Assembly (NCBI GenBank): GCA_046484865.1
Contig: JAWOID010000120.1
Coordinates: forward strand, 1 to 13,015
Direction: 5' to 3'
Length of the DNA stretch: 13,015 bases
DNA from: Candidatus Krumholzibacteriia bacterium
GTDB lineage: Bacteria > Krumholzibacteriota > Krumholzibacteriia > LZORAL124-64-63
The notes beneath the pieces are model-generated. The model saw only the letters and a list, made by a program, of their open reading frames with translations. It was not told the origin of the DNA and made no database searches. Made by a program: the position numbers and the translations under genes. Position 1 is the first letter of the stretch. The number at the start of each line of letters is the position of its first letter. This document shows, piece after piece, positions 7,150 through 13,015 of the stretch.

Positions 7150-8451
7150 ATGAAGTCCTGGACCCTCCTCCTTCGCCTCGTCTTGCCGCTGCTCTGCCTG
7201 GCCCAGAGCGGCTGTTCCGACGACGGCACCGCCCCCGAGATCGACAACACCGGCGACGACCCCATAGCGACCATCCACCCCTATACCATCGTCGACACCG
7301 GCCAGTCCACCTGCTACGACCTGGTCGCCGCCATCGCCTGCCCCGCGGCCGGCGAGGATCATCACGGCCAGGACAGCCAGCACGACGGTTTCCAGCCCAG
7401 CTACCAGGTCAGCAGCGACGGCCTGACCGTCGCCGACCTGGTCACCGGCCTGGTCTGGCAACGCATGGCCGACACCGATGGCGACGGCCAGCTGGGCGTG
7501 GCCGACAAGCTCACCTGGGAAGAAACCCGGGCCCGGGCCGACACCCTCAACACGACCGGATTCGCTGGCCACGACGACTGGCGCCTGCCCAGCGTCAAGG
7601 AGCTGTACTCCCTGATCCTGTTCTCCGGCACCGACCCCGATCCGAACGGCGGCGCGGCTCGGTTGGTCCCGTTCATCGACGACGAGGCCTTCGTGTTCGT
7701 CTACGGAGACCCCGACGCGGGCGAGCGGGTCATCGACGCCCAGTACGCCTCCAGCACCATGTATGCGTACGAGGGCATGCCCGTGCCGATGCTCTTCGGC
7801 GTCAACTTCGCTGACGGACGCATCAAGGGTTACAACCTGACCGGCCCCGACGGCAGCGACAAGACCTTCTACGTCCTCTGCGTGCGCGGCAACACCGACT
7901 ACGGCGCCAACCACCTGGTGGACAGCGGCGACGGCACCATCAGCGATCTGGCCACCGGTCTCAGGTGGGCGCAGGACGACAGCGGCGTCGACGTACCCGG
8001 CGGCCTGAACTGGGGCCAGGCCCTGGCCTGGGTCGCAGAGAAGAACGCCGCCGGCTACCTCGGTCATGACGACTGGCGCCTTCCCTGCGTCAAGGAGCTG
8101 CAGAGCATCGTCGACTACACCCGGTCGCCCGACACCAGCGGCTCGGCGGCCATCGACCCGCTCTTCGCCTGCACCGTCATCACCAACGAGCGCGGCCAAG
8201 TGGACTACGGCTTCTACTGGAGCAGCACCACCCACGCCAGGGCCAACGGGACCGGCAGCTACGGCAGCTACGTGACGTTCGGCCGTGCGCTGGGCTACAT
8301 GAACGGCAACTGGGTGGACGTCCACGGCGCCGGTGCCCAGCGGAGCGACCCCAAGGAGGGCGATCCTGCCGACTACCCCGAGGGCCATGGACTCCAGGGC
8401 GACGCGATCCGGATCTTAAACCAGGTGCGGCTGGTGCGGAACGCGGACTGA
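7150..8451 (+). CDS. DUF1566 (Lcl C-terminal) double-domain lipoprotein, 433 aa
   Basis: GAGGAG RBS and lipobox-like AQSG-C22. VDTGQSTCYD and GQD N-terminal motifs. Two copies of DLxTGLxW...W..A......GHDDWRLPxVKEL, plus YWSST and terminal VRLVR. Confidence 0.92.
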   Translation: MKSWTLLLRLVLPLLCLAQSGCSDDGTAPEIDNTGDDPIATIHPYTIVDTGQSTCYDLVAAIACPAAGEDHHGQDSQHDGFQPSYQVSSDGLTVADLVTGLVWQRMADTDGDGQLGVADKLTWEETRARADTLNTTGFAGHDDWRLPSVKELYSLILFSGTDPDPNGGAARLVPFIDDEAFVFVYGDPDAGERVIDAQYASSTMYAYEGMPVPMLFGVNFADGRIKGYNLTGPDGSDKTFYVLCVRGNTDYGANHLVDSGDGTISDLATGLRWAQDDSGVDVPGGLNWGQALAWVAEKNAAGYLGHDDWRLPCVKELQSIVDYTRSPDTSGSAAIDPLFACTVITNERGQVDYGFYWSSTTHARANGTGSYGSYVTFGRALGYMNGNWVDVHGAGAQRSDPKEGDPADYPEGHGLQGDAIRILNQVRLVRNAD

Positions 8452-8775
8452 GCTGGATCTTCTGGGGGGCTGCCCGGACGGTCGCGAGATGAGATAGGCG
8501 CCGCGGGGGACCCGGAGCGCCAGCGATGCCCAGTCGCCGCCCGTGAACGGCTGGGCTCGCGATCTTCCCTCCCTCCGGGAATCCCGCGGCCGGCGGTCCG
8601 GCATTACCTGAGTCGTTTTCTCGTGTTTATGCATACACTGCCCCCTTGTGATCGATAAGCGATGGCGGACCCAGAGCGCGCTCGACTCCTCGGAACCAGC
8701 TTCCGCGCCTCCCGATCACCGGTCCGACCGTCTCGCCCTCCAGGGCGCACCTGACCCTCACCGAGGAGTCCGATC

Positions 8776-10779
8776 ATGTTCCGCACCCGTCCTCTTTCCA
8801 GCGCCGGCTTTATGGTCACTCTCGGTCTCGCTACCCTCGGGTTCGCGGTACCGGCCACACTCGTCGGCGACGCTCGGGCCGCCGTCCTCTATGATGTCGA
8901 CTTCGGCAGCCCTCCCCACACGATCGGTTCGCTCCCTGTCACGGGCACCGGCCCGGCGCCGCGAATCACGGTCTCGAGCATCCCGTACGGCGATCCCACC
9001 GTTCTGGCCAACTTCGGCGACCTCCAGGCCCAGCCCTGCTGGTTCGACTCGCACGACGGTACCGGCGACCAGATCGCTCTCGATCTGACCGACCTGCCCG
9101 CATCCACTTTCTACCAGCTCACCTGCCGCATCCAGGTCGGCCTCGTCGAACCGACCGGGAACTTCACCGTGTTCCTCGACACGCCCGCGATCCGCGCCAT
9201 CGCGTTCAACGCCGCCAACGAGGTGCGCGTGCAGGTGGGCGGCACCTCCACCGTCGTCGCCAACTACGTCACGAACGTCGCCATGGACCTGCGCGTGGAC
9301 GTCGACCTGTCCGCGGACACCTGGCGGATCTATCTCGACGGGGCCCCCGTGCATGTGGGCTCCTTCGGCGGCGCGGCCGCGGTGGAACAGGTGCGCTTCT
9401 CGACGAACGCCGCGGCCGACCCGCCGGGCGTGTCGGCGGCCATCGACGACGTCGTCGTCGCGGACGAGCCGCAGCCGGCAGCCATCGACTGCGAACGGCT
9501 CGATTTCGAGGATCTGCCCGCGGCGTACTACTTCAATGGGAACGCCTTCGTCACCGGCAGCGTGCGAGTCGTGGTATCGCCGCTGTACCTCAGTTCCGGC
9601 GCTTGCGACGAGCCCACCACCAGCAACTTCGCCACCGTGACTACCAATCTCGAAGCCTGCGGCTCCGGGCAGGAGCTGGACCTCGTGAACGTGAACCTCG
9701 AGTTCGAGTTCGGCAGCCCCGTGACCGACGTGGTCGTCCCTTTCGGGGAATACAGCGGCATCATCAATCTCTCGATCAACGAGGACTGCCGCGCCCTGCC
9801 GGATCTCGCCGTGCTCGACGGCATCACCGTGGGCGGGGTGGACGTCGCAGTGATGCACCGGGGGTTTCCGGGCCAGAGCTGCGGCATCCTCACCCTCCGG
9901 GGCGAGGTGCACCAGCTCTCGCTCGGTGGGCAGGACCTCGCCATCGACAATCTCTCGTTCTGCCGCGGCTGTCCCGCTCCGGCGGTGGCGCTGTTCGAGG
10001 AGCTGGCCCCGGGCGCTACTTACACGAGCGGCCAGGCCTTCTCGAGCGGCTTCGGCGACTTCGAAGTGCAGGCGTTCCTCGCCACCTTCGGCTGCGCCGA
10101 CCCGATCTCCGGCACGGCCGAAGTCTCGAACGCCGGCGCCGCCTGCGGCTCGGGCCAGGAGATCCACCTGACGAACGCCGGGCTCGCAGTGACCTCCTCG
10201 CTGGCGCCGTACGGGGCGGTCGTGGTCGACTACGCCGAGTACGACGGCCTGGTGAACCTCACGGTGAACGGGGCCTGCATGACCATCGCCCACTTCGCGA
10301 ACGTCAATGGCATGGAAGTGGGCGGAGCGCACGTGTTCGCGATCGACCACGACGCACCGAGCGGCGGCTGCGGGCGGCTTTACGTGGTGGGAACGATCGA
10401 CACCTTCGCGGTCGGCGGCGCCGAGCTGTGGATCGACGACGTGCGCGTCTGCTCGACGGCGGCGGCGCTGGTGGACGTGCCGGGCGGGCTGCCTGCGGCC
10501 GTCCGCTCGGTGCTCGAGCAGAACGTGCCGAACCCGTTCAACCCGGCGACGACGATCGCCTTCGAGCTGCCGTCGGCGGGAACCGTGCGACTCGCGGTGT
10601 ACGACCTCGCGGGGCGGCAACTGGCGGTGCTCGTGGACGAGCCGCTCTCCGCCGGCCGTCACGAGGTGCGCTGGGACGGGGTGGATGGACAGGGACGACG
10701 TTCCGCGAGCGGCGTCTACCTCTACCGGCTGGAGACGAGCGGGCGCACGGAGGTCCGCCGGATGGTCATGCTGAAGTGA
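8776..10779 (+). CDS. secreted multi-domain protein with two ~160-aa six-Cys repeats and a FlgD-Ig/T9SS type-A-like C-terminal domain, 667 aa
   Basis: GAGGAG RBS and signal peptide ending ARA. Repeats at 9490-9963 and 9970-10452. C-terminus LEQNVPNPFNPATTIAFEL...VYDLAGR...WDGVDGQGRRSASGVYLYRL...RRMVMLK (10513-10776). Confidence 0.93.
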   Translation: MFRTRPLSSAGFMVTLGLATLGFAVPATLVGDARAAVLYDVDFGSPPHTIGSLPVTGTGPAPRITVSSIPYGDPTVLANFGDLQAQPCWFDSHDGTGDQIALDLTDLPASTFYQLTCRIQVGLVEPTGNFTVFLDTPAIRAIAFNAANEVRVQVGGTSTVVANYVTNVAMDLRVDVDLSADTWRIYLDGAPVHVGSFGGAAAVEQVRFSTNAAADPPGVSAAIDDVVVADEPQPAAIDCERLDFEDLPAAYYFNGNAFVTGSVRVVVSPLYLSSGACDEPTTSNFATVTTNLEACGSGQELDLVNVNLEFEFGSPVTDVVVPFGEYSGIINLSINEDCRALPDLAVLDGITVGGVDVAVMHRGFPGQSCGILTLRGEVHQLSLGGQDLAIDNLSFCRGCPAPAVALFEELAPGATYTSGQAFSSGFGDFEVQAFLATFGCADPISGTAEVSNAGAACGSGQEIHLTNAGLAVTSSLAPYGAVVVDYAEYDGLVNLTVNGACMTIAHFANVNGMEVGGAHVFAIDHDAPSGGCGRLYVVGTIDTFAVGGAELWIDDVRVCSTAAALVDVPGGLPAAVRSVLEQNVPNPFNPATTIAFELPSAGTVRLAVYDLAGRQLAVLVDEPLSAGRHEVRWDGVDGQGRRSASGVYLYRLETSGRTEVRRMVMLK

Positions 10780-10807
10780 GTGCGAGGTCATGCTGAAGTG
10801 AGTGCGA
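10764..10807 (+). repeat. perfect 22-bp tandem duplication spanning the stop codon
   Basis: GGTCATGCTGAAGTGAGTGCGA at 10764-10785 and again at 10786-10807. Confidence 0.95.
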
Positions 10808-10963
10808 TCAGGCAGGAGATGGATTCCCTCGAGGGTACCCTCCGGGCGCGGTGAGGTCGATCAAGCGTTCCAGGAACGCGTCCGGCCGCTCGACGTGCTC
10901 GAGGACGTGGCGGCTGACGACCAGATCGAAGGGGGCGGGCAGCCCGTCGCGCGCCGGCTGCAC
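10808..10963 (-). pseudogene. class I SAM-dependent methyltransferase fragment
   Basis: Minus strand reads VQPARDGLPAPFDLVVSRHVLEHVERPDAFLERLIDLTAPGGY then PRGNPSPA-stop. FD...LEH...PGG is the central part of Methyltransf_11/23-type enzymes. An in-frame TAG at 10975-10973 means the GxGxG SAM motif is absent. Confidence 0.8.
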
Positions 10964-10976
10964 CTCCCCTCCCTAC

Positions 10977-11005
10977 TTGAAACTGGATGATCGCGGTGGT
11001 ACAAC
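10977..11005 (+). promoter_or_regulatory. candidate sigma70 promoter for the threonine synthase gene
   Basis: TTGAAA (10977-10982), 17-nt spacer ending TG-G, then TACAAC (11000-11005). The -10 lacks the final T. Confidence 0.4.
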
Positions 11006-11039
11006 CTCCGCGAATCTGGTGCGACCCGGGGCGCTGGGC

Positions 11040-11062
11040 GGCGGGACCATGCGGTTGAATTC
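11040..11062 (+). repeat. copy 2 of the dispersed 23-bp intergenic element
   Basis: GGCGGGACCATGCGGTTGAATTC, 21/23 identical to 7050-7072. Confidence 0.8.
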
Positions 11063-11144
11063 ACCATCCGCGGCGCGCCCCGCGAGGCCGACCGCCCCCC
11101 GCGCTCTTCCCCGCCGGACCGTCAGCGAAAGGGACCGTTCCCCC

Positions 11145-12311
11145 ATGAGCTTCCTCACCCACCTCGAGTGCGGCCATTGCGGCAATCAACAGGATGCCGA
11201 CCGTCTCTGGAACCTCTGCCCCGAGTGCCGCAAGCCGCTGCTCGCCCGCTACGACCTGGAGGCCGCCCGCCGAAGCGTCCCCCGCGAGAGCCTCCGCGGC
11301 CGGGAGCCGAACCTGTGGCGATACCGGGAGATGTTACCCGTCCGAGACGATCGGTTCCGGCTTCGGCTCGGCGAGGGATTCACCCCGCTCGTGAGCGCGG
11401 CGCGCCTCGGGGCGGCGATCGGGCACGACCGGCTCCTGCTGAAGGACGAGGGGCTCAACCCGACCGGGTCCTTCAAGGCTCGCGGCCTCGGGGTGGCCGT
11501 CTCGCGCGCGTACGAGATGGGCGTGCACGAGGTCTCGATCCCGTCGGCCGGCAATGCGGCCGGGGCGATGAGCGCCTACGCCGCCCTGGCCGGCATGAAG
11601 TCGTTCGTCTTCATGCCCCGGGACGTGCCGCGGCCGTTCGTCTCCGAGTGCCTGGCCCTCGGCGCAGAGGTCACCCTGGTCGACGGTCTCATCACCGACT
11701 GCGGGCGCATCGCCGCAGAGGGAGTGGCGGAGTTCGGCCGCTTCGACCTGTCGACCCTCAAGGAGCCGTACCGCCTGGAGGGCAAGAAGACGATGGGCTA
11801 CGAGGTGGCGGAGCAGCTCGACTGGCACCTGCCCGACGTCATCGTCTACCCGACCGGCGGCGGCACCGGGCTGGTCGGCATGTGGAAGGCGTTCGCGGAA
11901 ATGGAGGCGCTCGGCTGGATCGGGCCGGAACGGCCGCGGATGGTCTCGGTGCAGTCGGCCGGCTGCGCGCCCATCGTGCGCGCCTTCGAGCAGGGGACGG
12001 AGTTCGCCGAGCCGTGGGAGAACGCGGCCACGGTGGCCGACGGCCTCAGGGTGCCGGCGGCGGTCGGCGACTTCCTCATCCTCCGGGCGATCCGCGAGAG
12101 CGGCGGGACGGCCGTCGCGGTACCCGATGCGGAGACGATGGAGTGCGCGAACCTCATCGGCTCCACGCAGGGCATCTTCCCGGCGCCGGAGTGCGGAGCC
12201 GTGGTGGCGGCCTGCCGGCGGCTGATCGATGCCGGCTGGATCGAGGAGCAGGAGTCCGTCCTCCTCTTCTTCACCGGGAGCGGGCACAAGTACGAGCACC
12301 TCTGGGCGTGA
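11145..12311 (+). CDS. thrC: threonine synthase (fold-type II PLP enzyme), 388 aa
   Basis: Start MSFLTHLECGHCG with an N-terminal CxxC...CxxC. LWRYREMLP, LGEGFTPL, KDEGLNPTGSFKARG (PLP Lys), SAGNA, YRLEGKKTMGYE, PTGGGTG and FTGSGHK. The ORF-track extension from 10851 looks non-coding. Confidence 0.9.
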   Translation: MSFLTHLECGHCGNQQDADRLWNLCPECRKPLLARYDLEAARRSVPRESLRGREPNLWRYREMLPVRDDRFRLRLGEGFTPLVSAARLGAAIGHDRLLLKDEGLNPTGSFKARGLGVAVSRAYEMGVHEVSIPSAGNAAGAMSAYAALAGMKSFVFMPRDVPRPFVSECLALGAEVTLVDGLITDCGRIAAEGVAEFGRFDLSTLKEPYRLEGKKTMGYEVAEQLDWHLPDVIVYPTGGGTGLVGMWKAFAEMEALGWIGPERPRMVSVQSAGCAPIVRAFEQGTEFAEPWENAATVADGLRVPAAVGDFLILRAIRESGGTAVAVPDAETMECANLIGSTQGIFPAPECGAVVAACRRLIDAGWIEEQESVLLFFTGSGHKYEHLWA

Positions 12312-12404
12312 CGGGCAGAGACGCGCATGGGCTGATCTCCGAGGGATAGCAACAAGGAGATCTCGGCCCGGCTCCACATCGCCACCCATACCGTCAAGAG
12401 CCAG
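12308..12404 (+). pseudogene. frameshifted LuxR/NarL-type HTH remnant
   Basis: VTGRDAHGLISEG (to 12346), a frameshift at 12347, then SNKEISARLHIATHTVKSQ (12348-12404). This matches the LuxR HTH pattern LTxRE...L.aeG.SNkEIA.rL.is..TVK.H. Confidence 0.82.
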
Positions 12405-12499
12405 CGTCTCGCCATCATCGCGGCACCTTGCACGACCCCGGCTCCTCGACGATCGCCGAACGCCCCCCGGGCGCCGCCACAAGCAGAGTTGGGGTTCGA

Positions 12500-12517
12500 G
12501 CCGGTGGATCCACCGGC
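12500..12517. other. perfect 18-bp palindrome
   Basis: GCCGGTGGATCCACCGGC is its own reverse complement and lies in intergenic DNA. Confidence 0.6.
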
Positions 12518-12735
12518 CGTCCCAACGGCCTGGCCGGAGATCGACCAGACCAGCGGCCAGGACAGCTGGGACTGAACCCACGGGACAGCGCCGATCGACC
12601 GGCACTCGTGTGCCGACGTCCGCTGGCGTGGCCGCAGGCCTGATAAAATACGTTTTTTGTAGCCTTTAGCCGGCCGTGGCACTATGCTGCCTTTCGGTAC
12701 CGTTCCCTCGTATGACCCACCGTGGAGACGTCGTC

Positions 12736-13015
12736 ATGATTCGCCCGTTGCACGCCTTCCTGCTCTTGCTCTCGGCTCTGCCGTTCTTGCTCCTGCTGCT
12801 GCTCCACGGCTGCGGAAGCGATTCCACCTCGCCTGACCGGACAGGAAGCGCCGTCCGCGACGCCACGCTCGCTGTCGGCAACTCCGTCAGCCTCGGCCGA
12901 GTCGGCGTGGCGGGCCTGCCGGCGCCCCAGGAGGGCGCCAAGACGCAGGACTTCCGCGTGGCCATCGAGGCCCAGGGCGCCGAGACGTTCTCCTTTCCCC
13001 TGGACCACGACGCCG
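12736..13015 (+). CDS. lipoprotein of unknown function, 5' part only (absent from the ORF track)
   Basis: GGAGA 7 nt before ATG 12736 (alternative in-frame ATG 12712). MIRPLHAFLLLLSALPFLLLLLLHG-C26-GSDSTSPD..., open to the window end. Confidence 0.82.
   Translation, partial: MIRPLHAFLLLLSALPFLLLLLLHGCGSDSTSPDRTGSAVRDATLAVGNSVSLGRVGVAGLPAPQEGAKTQDFRVAIEAQGAETFSFPLDHDA

Noticed and set aside
8452..8775. Small ORFs and weak hairpins between the DUF1566 gene and the repeat-protein gene
   Set aside because: No recognisable motif. An AT-richer patch at about 8603-8660 is probably promoter DNA, but I found no convincing -35/-10 pair.
12677..12690. TGGCAC...TGC as a sigma54 promoter
   Set aside because: GG-to-GC spacing is 9 nt, not the required 10.

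Overview
High-GC bacterial window made of stand-alone, mostly exported-protein genes with no rRNA, tRNA, CRISPR or intact mobile element. In order: SDR oxidoreductase (-), alpha/beta-hydrolase lipoprotein (+), Cys-rich secreted protein ending in TWGDLKAIYR (-), probable beta-propeller lipoprotein (+), secreted C69-family peptidase (-), tandem DUF1566/Lcl lipoprotein (+), secreted repeat protein with a FlgD-Ig/T9SS-type-A-like C-terminal domain (+), threonine synthase-like PLP enzyme (+), and the start of a fourth lipoprotein (+, runs off the window). The two C-terminal motifs plus high GC suggest an FCB-group lineage such as Krumholzibacteriota/Latescibacterota/Eisenbacteria (inference only). 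The intergenic DNA holds several signals missed by the ORF track: three gene remnants (C-terminal sorting-domain tail, methyltransferase, LuxR HTH), a heptamer-repeat hairpin between 8-bp direct repeats, a 22-bp tandem duplication, and a 23-bp block (21/23 identical) found about 80 nt upstream of two unrelated genes. No complete novel system can be demonstrated from the sequence alone. The best leads are the co-occurring export signals and the shared 23-bp element. All family assignments are from motif recognition, not database searches.
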